A DNA stretch of 64,000 bases, from contig OZ024742.1 in NCBI GenBank assembly GCA_964016885.1, positions 122,512,001 to 122,576,000 of the forward strand. Direction: 5' to 3'. A program made the translations under genes and the position numbers. Each line of letters begins with the position of its first letter. Positions within the stretch are counted from its first letter, which is position 1. This DNA is from Eledone cirrhosa. Lineage: Eukaryota. Positions 10,164-21,317 of this stretch are shown in pieces. Under the pieces are notes generated by a model that did no database searches, was not told the origin of the DNA, and was given only the letters and a program-made list of their open reading frames with translations.

Positions 10164-13100
10164 ATGACCTCACTCAGAATAGGCAGCATAAATGCGCGTG
10201 GCTTGGGGTCGTCATGGAAGCAGGGTCACCTGCTCAACGACCTCAGGTCACTAAACATAGATGTAGTGGCCATCAGCGAGACCAGAATCTCCGAAGCACG
10301 GGCCTTCGCACCGATCTTCGGCGGCTACGATGTGTACGCATCTCCCAGCCGTCCTGGATCGGGTGGAGGAGTTGCTGTGCTTTTTCGGAGAGGTTTGGAT
10401 CTCGCCATACGGGCCATCTTCCTGGACCCAGAGGGTAAGCTGGTGGTGCTGGACGTGACCAGCGGAGACGGGCAAGCTTTCAGGCTAGTGGCCGTCTATG
10501 CCCCGACAGGAGCAGGGCGGCCTGATTTCTTCCGGCGTCTGGAGACCTTTCTTGGAACGTCCCGCTCTTTAGTGTTAGTGGGCGACTGGAACGGGATCTT
10601 AGATGCACGCTGGGACTGTGTGGGATTAGCGGATAGGGGTGGAGGGTGCAAGAGCCTCACCAACCTGCTCAGGCGTTTTGAACTGTCTGACAGGTACCGA
10701 TTGGATTTCCCGAATGTGCCAATGTGGACTTGGACAAACCGCATAGGGTCATCCAGATCATATCTAGATAGAGTATTTTGTAGGGAAATAGATAGGTCTA
10801 GCATAGGCTGTCCACAATTCAAGATAGTCAGCTACACGGACCACAAATTCGTGACCTGTGTGCTTGACTTAGATAGGCTTCATAGACGAGGACCCGGTTA
10901 CTGGAAGCTAAACGCGTCCTTACCAGCGCGCAAGGCCTACAGAGACCGGATTAGCGAACTAGTTAAGCGGGCGTTGACGGGGGCCATCGTCAACAACAAG
11001 TGGTGGTTTGCTCTGAAAAGAGCGATTAGAATAGAATCGATTAGGTTTAGTAAGGCTTTAGCAATAGAGAAAAATAGAGCAGAGGGAGAACTAGTTAGAA
11101 AATTAGACGAGGCGCTTAGCAAAGGCATTGCGACCGACGTGCTTGCGGCGAAATTGGCCCTTGACCAATTCTTCAATGCAAAGCACGAAGGCTGCGTTGT
11201 CAGAGCAAGGGTGCGTGCTCTCAGACACGAGGGGACGAAAGCCGTTCAATGGGCCCGAGTGGCGGAGGCGCGTCGTGGCAACAAAGCCACGATCCGGTCT
11301 TTGGTGGACCACGACGGGCGCATGCTACTCGATCCCGGGCAAATGTGTGAAGCTTTTCAGCGACACTTCGCTCAGCTGTTCGGGGGCAGCGGGGGGCCGG
11401 GTAGAGGGATGGACTTTAGTGTCTACCTCGACGGACTGCCGCGGCTCTCGGCCACTGAGGCGAAGTGTTGCGAAAAGCCGATAACAGCCGCTGAAGTACG
11501 GGAGGCAATGACTGGCTGCACAAGGGGTAAATCGCCTGGTTTGGATGGTCTGCCCTATGAACTTTACGTACAGATGCCAGACTTGTTCGGAGGCCTCTTG
11601 GCGGACGTCTACTGCAACTGGCAACAGAACGGGAGAATTCCCAGTTCTGTGAGCCGAGGAGCGGTGGCACTGCTGAGAAAGGATCCGAACAAGGGGGATA
11701 ACATAGACAATTTCCGGCCCATAACTCTGCTAAACACAGAGTTTAAGATTTTGGCCAAGGTGCTAGCAAATAGGTTGGCGCTTGTCGTTGGTGGTCTGGT
11801 GGGAGAGGCGCAGACATGCGCCATTCCCGACAGATCCATCCACGACAACCTCCACCTCATGCGATACATCGTAGAGAGGGTAGCTAGGGAACCTGGCACG
11901 GGTGGGTCCTTGATCAATTTAGATCAGTCGAAAGCTTTCGATAGGGTCGACCATCGTTACCTAGCGGCAGTCCTGAGGGCGGCTGGCTTTGGGCCCGTCT
12001 TCAGAGGCTGGATCGCTGCCATGCACAGCGACATCTGCTCTGTGGTGAGAGTGAACGGTCACCTGTCGGAACCGTTCAACATCATGCGCTCGGTCCGCCA
12101 AAGATGTCCCCTCTCGTCCCTCTTGTACGTATTGACTCTCGAGCCATTACTGCACAAACTGGAGACGTTGAGGGGAGTCCCGCGCGAACTAGGATGCGGA
12201 AGATCCGTGTCAGCATATGCGGACGATGTCACCGTAGTGGTGTCGAACGCCAAACACATCGAGGCGATCGGCACTACACTAAGAGAATACGAAGCGGTGA
12301 CAGGAGCAATGATCAACCAGGAAAAGTCAGTGGGCCTGCAGCTCGGCACCTGGAGAGGCAGGTCCATGCCGTCCAACAGCGTCGTCGGGCGCTGGACGGA
12401 CGGACCGGTTAAATTGCTAGGGGTCTGGTTCGGTCCGGACCTCCAGACGGACAAAAACTGGGACGAGGTGACGAGCAGGGTGGCTTCTCTCACCCAGAAA
12501 TGGGCCGAGAGGAAGCTATCCCTGAAAGGTCGAGCGGAGGTGGCTAACGCGTACATCGCGTCTGTCATCTGCTACCGCCTAACCGTCGTACCTTGTCCTA
12601 AGCCTCGCCTGACTGCGCTGGAGCGTTTGCTCTTTCGCTTTTTGTGGAAGGGACGTGCTCCGATGGTCAGGCGGTCCATCTGTTGTCAACACCCGCTACG
12701 TGGAGGGCTGGGCATGCCGTGGCTGATGATGCGCAGGCACGCGCTCAGGCTACGACATCTCCACCTCTTCCTCGACGGTGATCAGGTGTGGTCGCCGTTT
12801 GCTAGACGCGTTTTTCCCCAGCTCGTTTCCTTGACGGAGCTGCAGTCCTGGGTCAAGCGAAGACCGAGAGGGAGCGCCTGGAGACTGGAATGTCTTCAGG
12901 CGCTCACAGCCCTCGACCAATCGGGCAATGTGATCGGTGGAAACTCCACCTCGGCGTTCTATAGAGGATTAGTGGAGGAGAAGAGCGACGACGTACTTGG
13001 GGAAACTCTAGGCGTCGACGAAAATCAACTAGCCAATCTCTTCGGAAGAACTTTCGGGCCAGGGCCTATGGACAACTTCCAGAAATCTCTGGCCTGGCAG

Positions 13101-13583
13101 TGCTACCGAGGAGCCTTGCCAGTTCGGGATAAACTCTACAGGCATGGAGGTGCCGTCAGCCGGGCATGTCCGAGATGCGCGCAGGGCGACGAAACCGTCC
13201 TGCACGCACTCGTCCAGTGTCCGAAAATTGCTGACTTGTGGGTTTATGTCGAACACCTGCTGTCGCGTTTAGGACGGATCCAGCTATCATCTGAGTCTAT
13301 CGTGAGGATTGCCCCGCCCTCCTCCTTTAGCCGGGAAGGGCAGGCAGTTTTTATCTGTCTGGTGGCCATGGCGAAAGAGATAGTATGGTGGACACGTTTG
13401 AAAGGGCTGAAGACGAGCACTTACCTCTTCGGTGATGCTCTGATTGACTTTTTCAAATTTCATTTGAAAAGGAAAATCAGAGTAGAGAAGGAAGTGCTCT
13501 CTTCCCAGCATTTTGTTGAAAGATGGGTGAGAGAAGCAAGAATGGCCCGAGTGAATGGGCCGACTCTGAGTATATATCTGTAA
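10164..13583 (+). CDS. Tx1 ORF2: APE endonuclease + reverse transcriptase + C-terminal zinc finger (1139 aa)
   Basis: APE motifs SINARG, ISET, VYAP, GDWN, YLDR, TDH. RT motifs through YADD. C-terminal CPRC...ET..H....C. Motif B' reads QRCPLS rather than QGCPLS. Confidence 0.95.
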   Translation: MTSLRIGSINARGLGSSWKQGHLLNDLRSLNIDVVAISETRISEARAFAPIFGGYDVYASPSRPGSGGGVAVLFRRGLDLAIRAIFLDPEGKLVVLDVTSGDGQAFRLVAVYAPTGAGRPDFFRRLETFLGTSRSLVLVGDWNGILDARWDCVGLADRGGGCKSLTNLLRRFELSDRYRLDFPNVPMWTWTNRIGSSRSYLDRVFCREIDRSSIGCPQFKIVSYTDHKFVTCVLDLDRLHRRGPGYWKLNASLPARKAYRDRISELVKRALTGAIVNNKWWFALKRAIRIESIRFSKALAIEKNRAEGELVRKLDEALSKGIATDVLAAKLALDQFFNAKHEGCVVRARVRALRHEGTKAVQWARVAEARRGNKATIRSLVDHDGRMLLDPGQMCEAFQRHFAQLFGGSGGPGRGMDFSVYLDGLPRLSATEAKCCEKPITAAEVREAMTGCTRGKSPGLDGLPYELYVQMPDLFGGLLADVYCNWQQNGRIPSSVSRGAVALLRKDPNKGDNIDNFRPITLLNTEFKILAKVLANRLALVVGGLVGEAQTCAIPDRSIHDNLHLMRYIVERVAREPGTGGSLINLDQSKAFDRVDHRYLAAVLRAAGFGPVFRGWIAAMHSDICSVVRVNGHLSEPFNIMRSVRQRCPLSSLLYVLTLEPLLHKLETLRGVPRELGCGRSVSAYADDVTVVVSNAKHIEAIGTTLREYEAVTGAMINQEKSVGLQLGTWRGRSMPSNSVVGRWTDGPVKLLGVWFGPDLQTDKNWDEVTSRVASLTQKWAERKLSLKGRAEVANAYIASVICYRLTVVPCPKPRLTALERLLFRFLWKGRAPMVRRSICCQHPLRGGLGMPWLMMRRHALRLRHLHLFLDGDQVWSPFARRVFPQLVSLTELQSWVKRRPRGSAWRLECLQALTALDQSGNVIGGNSTSAFYRGLVEEKSDDVLGETLGVDENQLANLFGRTFGPGPMDNFQKSLAWQCYRGALPVRDKLYRHGGAVSRACPRCAQGDETVLHALVQCPKIADLWVYVEHLLSRLGRIQLSSESIVRIAPPSSFSREGQAVFICLVAMAKEIVWWTRLKGLKTSTYLFGDALIDFFKFHLKRKIRVEKEVLSSQHFVERWVREARMARVNGPTLSIYL

Positions 13584-13844
13584 ACTAAAGGTGGAAAACT
13601 GGGAGAGGGCACTTGCCTTGGTGGTCAGGGTCATTGTGGCTTTTTACGGGGCTTTCTCCACAAATGTCCCTCCGAAGTCTCCCCCCTATTGGGGAATTTT
13701 TCATTGTTATTTTCATTGTTATTTTTGTTACATCCTCTGTTTTTGTTTTTTTTACACGCAGAAATGCCCATTTGTACCGTCCTGCATTGTCCTGCACTGT
13801 CCTTAATGTCTACTTTATGTAAACCCTTGTGGTTAATAAAGAAA

Positions 13845-13846
<2 letters not shown>

Positions 13847-13891
<45 letters not shown>

Positions 13892-13899
13892 GTTATTAC
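13847..13899. repeat. (ATT)~17 microsatellite shared as 3' flank by Tx1 copy 1 and R4-A (tail-to-tail)
   Basis: Direct reading. Confidence 0.95.
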
Positions 13900-16817
13900 T
13901 CCTTGAGTCTCAATCATTGATGTTAGTTAACTGGAAAGTTTGTTGGAATGAATATCAAGCCACTACCTGCAGCCTCAGATATTCAGGACGTATCGGAGGG
14001 TTCTTGCTGTTCACAGCAAGCATGCCTTTGGAAGCGTTCCAAAAAGCGTGAAGGGGACGATTTTCTTTAACCATCCCTGGAAACTTTTGGAGATAGTCCC
14101 CAGTGCACCTATGACAATCGGGATCACTTTGACTTCATGGCAGTTCCAAATCCTTTTTATCTCCCACTTTAAGTCTTGGTATCGGTTAATTTTCTCCCTC
14201 TCCTTCTCTTGCACTCACGTGTCGAATGGGCAGGCCACATCCACAATCAGGCACGATCTTTTTTCGTTGTCCACAACCACCAGGTCAGGTCTATTGTGTT
14301 CCAGTTTCTTGTCCGTCTGTATCCTAAAATCCCACAGCATCTTCACCTGATCGTTCTCTATCACCGCCTCTGGCTTATGCTCATACCATTTCTCAGAATG
14401 TGGTAAATTGTTTACTTTGCACAGGTGCGAGTGGATTACCCTGCCCATCACATCATGTCTCCAGCCTTTATAGTGGGTCTGGGCTAGGTGTTTACACTCG
14501 GATACAATGTGAGCCACAGTCTCCTCTCTCCACAGATCGTGCACAGTGGGCTAGCTTCCTCCTTGTAAATATGGTGTTTCAATCACTTCGTTTTGAGGGC
14601 CCGCTCCTGCGCAGCCATTAACATTCCTTCTGTAGCCTTTTTAAGGTCTCCTCTTTTCAACCAGTTCCATGTCTGTGGATCTCTAAATTCAGTTTTCTCA
14701 AAGAAGGTACTATGAAGGGATTTTTCCTGAAGGCTGCTCTTTCTCCTTGATGTTATTTCCTCCTTGGACATCCCCTGGCCAATTGTCACCTCCTTCAGTA
14801 CAGTTCTGAGCATTGGCTCCTTACTATCATTCACGTATTTGTGTAGGTTGTTTTTCTCCATCTGAACACAGTCCTCTATGCTGATAAGACCTCTTCCACC
14901 CTCAGATCTCCTTAAGTAGAGTCTATCGACATCACTCCTCTTGTGGGACATGTTGTAGATAGTCAATAGCTTCCTAGTCTTCCTTCCATTTCTTTTTGTT
15001 CAGCAACATTCCATCTCAGAATTCCCGCACTGTACCTAATAATAGACACAGCTCGGGAATTTACTGCACTTATGGCATTCCTACTGTTCAGATGTGACTT
15101 CAATACGCTCCTTACTCTCCGAAGGTATTCAGTTCTTATCAATTCCTTTATTTTTTTGTTCTTGATGTCATCAGCCTCCAGAACGCCCAAATACTTGTAT
15201 CCTTCCTCAGAGTCAATTTCCTTTATCATCTCACCTGTTGGTATCTGGATTCTGTTACTTCTGCTCAACCTACCCCTCCTCATCACAATGACTCCACACT
15301 TACTAATACCAAATTGCATACATAAATCATTGCTGAAAATACGGACAGTGTCAACAAGCACATCCAACTCCTTCTCACTCTTCCCGAAGAGCTTAAGATC
15401 GTCCATGAAGAGGAGGTGATTGTTGGTAAGCCCTCCCTTTCCCAACCTGTATCCTGCTCTCACCTTTCGCAGTACACTGGTCAGGGGCATCAGGGCAAGG
15501 ACAAACAACAGAGGGGACAGGCTATCGCCCTGGAAGATACCTCTCTTGATCTTCACGCTTCCCAAGGATTCTCCAGTTGATGTCAGCTCTGTTTCCCAGG
15601 ACCTCATACTTTTGCCCAACAACTGTCTGATGTTATCTGCCACATTGAAGATCTCCAGGCTTCTGGTGATCCAAGAATGAGGCACCATGTAAAATGCCTT
15701 TCTGTAGTCTATCCATTCCATGGCAAGATCAGTGTGTCTCCTCTTGCAATTCCCCATTACCATCTTATCAATAAGTAACTGCTCCTTTGTACCACGTAAC
15801 TTCTTTCGGCATCCTTTCTGTTCGTCCGGTAACAAGTTGTTTGTGTGGAGGTGATGGTAGATTTCCTCAGACATAATGCTTGTCAACAGTTTCCACATTA
15901 CGGACAGACATGTGATAGGTCTATAGTTGGTAACATCATTACCCTTGATTCGGTCTTTCATTATCAGAACTGTGGTACCTTTTGTCAACCACTCTGGTAC
16001 CTCACCTGACATCAAGCAGTCATTGAACATGGTTGTCAGTTTCGGGTGGAGGGATGTTATGCTTTTAATCCAATACCTCTGAACACCATCTGGGCCTTGT
16101 GATTTCCAGTTGGTTAGTTTTTTGGCCTGCCCCTTAAGAGTTTCAACTGTGATACTCAAATCAGTTTGTCGGTGTGCCTGTTCACTAATCTCCTTCTGTA
16201 CTGTCTCAATCCACACTGCCTGGTCATTATGTTTAACATCCTGCTCCCATATTCCTCTCCAGAATGTTTTAGTTTGTTCCGCCTCAGGGATCAAGTCGTT
16301 TCCTCTTTCTTTCCCTTCAAGCTGTCCAAACAACATCTTCTGGTTGTTGTCGAACATGCGGTTCTGTCTATACTGACTGACTCTGTTCTCGTATCGCCTG
16401 ATCTTTGCACTCTTTGCTACAATGCGTTGCTTCAGTTCCTCTATGATAATATTTAGCTTTTTCCTCCTAGTTTTGTACTTTATTTCCAGTCTAATTTTTG
16501 TGTCTATGTTTTTTAGTGTCCCATTCAGTAGGGACTCAAGCTTTCCAATGTCATTTCTCATTTCCCTGATTTGACCACTCAGTCGTTTCTTCCACCATGG
16601 CTCTGCTCTTTCTTGTCTTTTGTTTCCTCTCGCTTTTATACCAAGTAGTTTCCTCACAGTATTTGCTGTTTATTTGAGGATATTGTTGCACTGGTGAAGG
16701 CTCCTTGCCTCAAGGTATGGGATGACTTTGTTTACCTTAGCTGTTGTTTCTTTTAACTTTTTCCTGTCTACAAATCTTAGGTTCATAGTTCTCCCACTAT
16801 CATTGTTCAATTCATCT
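13900..16817 (-). mobile_element. R4/Dong family A, longer 5'-truncated copy with disrupted RT-RLE ORF
   Basis: ORF pieces 14963-16657 (NYRPITCL, GIFQGDSLSP, LFMDDLK, YKYLG), 14583-14966, 14215-14544 and 14011-14214. The 3' end matches 4363-4766. Confidence 0.92.
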
Positions 16818-18951
16818 ATTTACCCCTTGTGCAACTATGGGATAACATAGACAATTTCCGGCCCATAACTCTGCTAAACACAGAGTTCAAGATTTTGGCC
16901 AAGGTGCTAGCAAAGAGGTTGGCGCTTGTCGTTGGTGGTCTGGTGGGAGAGGCGCAGATCCATCCACGACAACCTCCACCTCATGCGATACATCGTAGAG
17001 AGGGTAGCTAGGGAACCTGGCACGGGTGGGTCCTTGATCAATTTAGATCAGTCGAAAGCTTTCGATAGGGTCGACCATCGTTACCTAACGGCAGTCCTGA
17101 GGGCGGCTGGCTTTGTGCCCGTCTTCAGAGGCTGGATCGCTGCCATGCACAGCGACATCTGCTCTGTAGTGAGAGTGAACGGTCACCTTTCGGAACCGTT
17201 CAACATCATGCGCTCGGTCCGCCAAGGATGTCCCCTCTCGTCCCTATTGTACGTATTGACTCTCGAGCCATTACTGCACAAACTGGAGACGTTGAGGGGG
17301 GGTCCCGCGCGAACTAGGATGCGGAAGATCCGTGTCAGCATATGCGGACGATGTCACCGTAGTGGTGTCGAACGCCAAACACATCGAGGCGATCGGCACT
17401 ACACTAAGAGAATACGAAGCGGTGACAGGAGCAATGATCAACCAGGAAAAGTCAGTGGGCCTGCAGCTCGGCACCTGGAGAGGCAGGTCCATGCCGTCCA
17501 ACAACGTCGTCGGGCGCTGGACGGACGGACCGGTTAAATTGCTAGGGGTCTGGTTCGGTCCAGACCTCCAGACGGACAAAAACTGGGACGAGGTGACGAG
17601 CAGGGTGGCTTCTCTCACCCAGAAATGGGCCGAGAGGAAGCTATCCCTGAAAGGTCGAGCGGAGGTGGCGAATGCGTACAGCGCATCCGTCATCTACTAC
17701 CGCCTGACCGTCGTACCTTGTCCTAAGCCCCGCCTGACTGCGCTGGAGCGTTTGCTCTTTCGCTTCTTGTGGAAGGGACGCGCTCCGATGGTCAGGCGGT
17801 CCATCTGCTGTCAACACCCGCTACGTGGAGGGCTGGGCATGCCGTGGCTGATGATGCGCAGACATGCGCTCAGGCTACGACATCTCCACCTCTTCCTCGA
17901 CGGTGATCAGGTGTGGTCGCCGTTTGCAAGACACGTTTTACCCCAGCTCGTCTCCTTGACGGAGATGCAGTCCTGGGTCAAGCGAAGACCGAGAGGGAGC
18001 GCTTGGAGACTGGAATGTCTTCAGGCGCTCACAGCCCTCGACCAATCGGGCAATGTGATCGGTGGAAACTCCACCTTGGCGTTCTATAGGGGATTAGTGG
18101 AGGGGAAGAGCGACGACGTACTTGGAGAAACTCTAGGCGTCGACGAAAATCAACTAGCCAATCTCTTCGGAAGGACTTTCGGGCCGGGGCCTATGGACAA
18201 CTTCCAGAAATCCCTGGCCTGGCAGTGCTACCGAGGAGCTTTGCCAGTTCGGGATAAACTCTACAGGCATGGAGGTGCCGTCAGCCGGGCATGTCCGAGA
18301 TTCGCAAAGGGCGACGAAACCGTCCTGCACGCACTCGTCCAGTGTCCGAGCATTGCTGACTTGTGGGTTTATGTCGAACACCTGCTGTCACGCGTAGGAC
18401 GGATCCAGCTATCAGCTGAGTCCATCGTGAGGATTGCCCCGCCCCCTTCCTTTAGCCGGGAAGGGCAGGCAGTTTTTATCTGTCTGGTGGCCATGGCGAA
18501 AGAGATAGTATGGTGGACACGTTTGAAAGGGCTGAAGACGAGCACTTACCTCTTCGGTGATGCCCTGATTAACTTTTTCAAATTTCATTTGAAAAGGAAA
18601 ATCAGGGTAGAGAGGGAAGTGCTCTCTTCCCAGCATTTTGTTGAAAGATGGGTGAGAGAAGCAAGTATGGCCCGAATGAATGGGCCTTCTCTGAGTATGT
18701 GTCTGTAAATTAAAGGTGGAAAACTGGGAGAGGGCACTTGCCCTGGTGGTCAGGGCCACTGTGGTCTTTTAATGGGCTTTCTCCACAAATGTCCCTCGGA
18801 AGTCTCCCCCCTATTGGGGAATTTTTTCTTTGTTATTTTATTTCAACCTCCGTTTTTTACACGCAGAAATGCCCATTTGTACCGTCCTGTATTGTCCTGT
18901 ACTGTCCTTAATGTCTACTTTATGTGAACCCTTGTGGTTAATAAAGAAAAC
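16818..18951 (+). mobile_element. Tx1 copy 2, 5'-truncated within the RT, with a short inverted 5' segment
   Basis: Sense homology to copy 1 begins at 16839 (= 11695). 16818-16833 is the reverse complement of 11517-11532. Carries a 20-bp deletion and a +1 frameshift. Ends AATAAAGAAAAC then (ATT)6. Confidence 0.93.
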
Positions 18952-18969
18952 ATTATTATTATTATTATT
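18952..18969. repeat. (ATT)6 spacer between tandem Tx1 copies 2 and 3
   Basis: Direct reading. Confidence 0.95.
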
Positions 18970-19185
18970 GAATGCCATGGTTGACGGAGACTCGGCTCTG
19001 TAAGGTATAGTAATTTTTAACCGTTAAAACAATTGTAAATTGTTTAAAACTTGAACCAAATTGTTGATAAAGACACCCTCCTCCTCGTGAGAGGGGTCTT
19101 TCTGTCCGTTATTTGGCCCTTCGGGGTTAAATAACCAGTTATTGGGGTTTTGTACCCAAAATTTCATTTTAAACAAAAAAACAAC

Positions 19186-21282
19186 ATGGCTACGAAAAAG
19201 AAATTTCATACGTCACTCCCACTCATTCCGTCTTCTTCTTTCTCAATCATCACTACAGCAGAGAGAAGATTGTCTCTCTCCCTCCCTTCTTTAAATGTGT
19301 CTCTCTCCCTCCCTTCTCTTTCGCAAGTGACGAAAGAAAAGAAAAGTCTCGTGCAAAGCGTGCAAGGTTTCTCCACGACGACGACGACAGCGACGAAACA
19401 GGTGTACGGGAAATACGAAAACCCAGTTCATTCGTCTGACGTCAGGAATAATAGCAGTAGCAGCCGTAATAACAACAGCAACAGTGACAATGAAAACAAC
19501 AGTAGCAGCCGCAACAGCATCACCAGCAGCATAAACAACAACAGCATTAGCAGCAGCAACACCAACAACAACCACAGCAACAGCGGCGGAGGCAGTAGTC
19601 GTAGTACCTGCAGCAACAACAAAAATACCAGCAGCTCTGACGACAACAACAACAGCAGAGAAAAACCAATCTCATTTGCAGGTATTGCGAAAAACTTGGA
19701 AACAATCCTCATAACAAATGAGGAATTAGAGGAAGCGAAGAAGATGGTGACAAACAACGGACACCGAGCAATCTGCAAGGCAGCGGAAAAATTTTTCGAA
19801 ACCCAAGAGCACTGTACGGTCACGTACCGTACAGTAAGTACAAAATCCCGTAGGGTGGAAAGAGCCACAGAGGCCCAAATACAAAAAGCCTTGGGGTCTG
19901 TGTGGCAGCGGAAAACGCACATCACCCGAGGCAAAAAATATGCCACCGTAGACGTACTTTTTGCCACACCCCAGGAGGCAAAGGCCCAATCAGTAGTGAC
20001 CCTAAGGAGCGAGGAAATGGTGTTGGTGCCCTCCTACTGCGGGCAAAAAATTGTGAGGGTCAAACTGACCCACGTCCCCCCCGGAATGACCCCTTCTTGG
20101 CTGGCCGCGTCTGTCATCGTCGGAATCGAGGACAAAACAACTGTACTGCAAGTACAGAAAAAAGTAAGAGAAGATTGGGTCGGCTCCTCCATTGAGATGC
20201 TAATCCAAACCAACCAGGAGTGCATCGAAGCTATCCCGGATGTGATAGACTTCGATAACGGCACTCAACTGCCCATAAGTGTTGAGGGCAAACGCCCGAA
20301 ATGCTTTCGCTGTGGATCGAAGACTCACCTCAGGGCCTTCTGCAACGAGAAGACCCTGAGAAAGGAGAAACCCCCCCTCCTTCCGAATCCGGCTCCACGG
20401 CTACCAGCAACAGGACAAGTGGCAACCAGGAACAATAGGCCCGTGGCACCCATACCCACTCCACGGAAATCAAAAACAGCAGCAGCAGTGGAAATATTAA
20501 CAACAACAACAGCAATACCAAATGCAGCTGCAACAGAGACTCCAGTGCAAACATCACCAACAACAACAAGTGAAAGAGTGGAGCTGGTACCCCTCCCCGA
20601 CCTCACAGAATCAGACATGGAGTGTGAGGTGGGAGAGGGATGGCAAAAGGTCGTAAGAAGGCACAAACGCAGAAGCAGCGCATCGTCGCCTTTGAAAAGG
20701 GAGGAAAGAAATGAGAAAAGGGTAAAGTCTACTGCAAAGAGACCCACAGCAGCAACAACACCAACACCATCACCACCCACACTAGCACCACCATCACCAC
20801 CGGCGACAACCCCACCGCCAACAACACCTTCAACACCACCACCACAAGCACCAACATCGCAAACACAACAACAAAACACACACACCCAGCAACAACGACA
20901 AGAAAATAGCAGAACCACACCCCACCCCCAGAAAAACAAATGCACGGCAATAAATACACACAACAAGAAACTAATGACTTACATAATTGAACACACAGAC
21001 ATTTCACAACAGGACTACATAATACCAGCACCAATCAAAACGCCAACTAACATAAGACTGCTAAAAATAGCACAGAAACAATACACAAACATTAAAACGA
21101 AATTCCCCAACGTAGTTGGTGATTTCAGGGACCTAGGAGGAACCATCAATCGAAGAGTATATTCAGACATTCTCTTAGAAGAGCCGACGACCAGCCGAAG
21201 GGACGATTCAACGGTCCCTTCACCAGACGATCAAGTGAAAAGAGATGTAAAAACCATCCCTCCTCTACCAAAAGTACGGTAA
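19186..21282 (+). CDS. Tx1 ORF1 of copy 3 (698 aa, open)
   Basis: ATG at 19186 is homologous to 8032; same length; few substitutions. Confidence 0.88.
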   Translation: MATKKKFHTSLPLIPSSSFSIITTAERRLSLSLPSLNVSLSLPSLSQVTKEKKSLVQSVQGFSTTTTTATKQVYGKYENPVHSSDVRNNSSSSRNNNSNSDNENNSSSRNSITSSINNNSISSSNTNNNHSNSGGGSSRSTCSNNKNTSSSDDNNNSREKPISFAGIAKNLETILITNEELEEAKKMVTNNGHRAICKAAEKFFETQEHCTVTYRTVSTKSRRVERATEAQIQKALGSVWQRKTHITRGKKYATVDVLFATPQEAKAQSVVTLRSEEMVLVPSYCGQKIVRVKLTHVPPGMTPSWLAASVIVGIEDKTTVLQVQKKVREDWVGSSIEMLIQTNQECIEAIPDVIDFDNGTQLPISVEGKRPKCFRCGSKTHLRAFCNEKTLRKEKPPLLPNPAPRLPATGQVATRNNRPVAPIPTPRKSKTAAAVEILTTTTAIPNAAATETPVQTSPTTTSERVELVPLPDLTESDMECEVGEGWQKVVRRHKRRSSASSPLKREERNEKRVKSTAKRPTAATTPTPSPPTLAPPSPPATTPPPTTPSTPPPQAPTSQTQQQNTHTQQQRQENSRTTPHPQKNKCTAINTHNKKLMTYIIEHTDISQQDYIIPAPIKTPTNIRLLKIAQKQYTNIKTKFPNVVGDFRDLGGTINRRVYSDILLEEPTTSRRDDSTVPSPDDQVKRDVKTIPPLPKVR

Positions 21283-21317
21283 GAGGTCTTTCCCATCTTT
21301 TCCACTCTATTTTAAAC

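Larger units (their letters stand above)
7817..13846 (+). mobile_element. Full-length Tx1-clade (L1 group) non-LTR retrotransposon, copy 1 (~6.0 kb)
   Basis: Starts GAATGCCATGG immediately after (ATT)n, as copy 3 does. Two open ORFs, AATAAA at 13835-13840, ends GAAATC followed by (ATT)n. [31 protein letters not shown] and YADD motifs are Tx1/L1-like. Confidence 0.93.

Noticed and set aside
8418-13256. Many antisense and alternative-frame ORFs repeated in Tx1 copies
   Set aside because: They are shadows of GC-rich or low-complexity coding sequence and are shared only because the copies are recent.
19150-19185. 12-aa N-terminal extension of ORF1 in copy 3
   Set aside because: It has a non-ATG start and is out of frame in copy 1 (the A-run differs by one).
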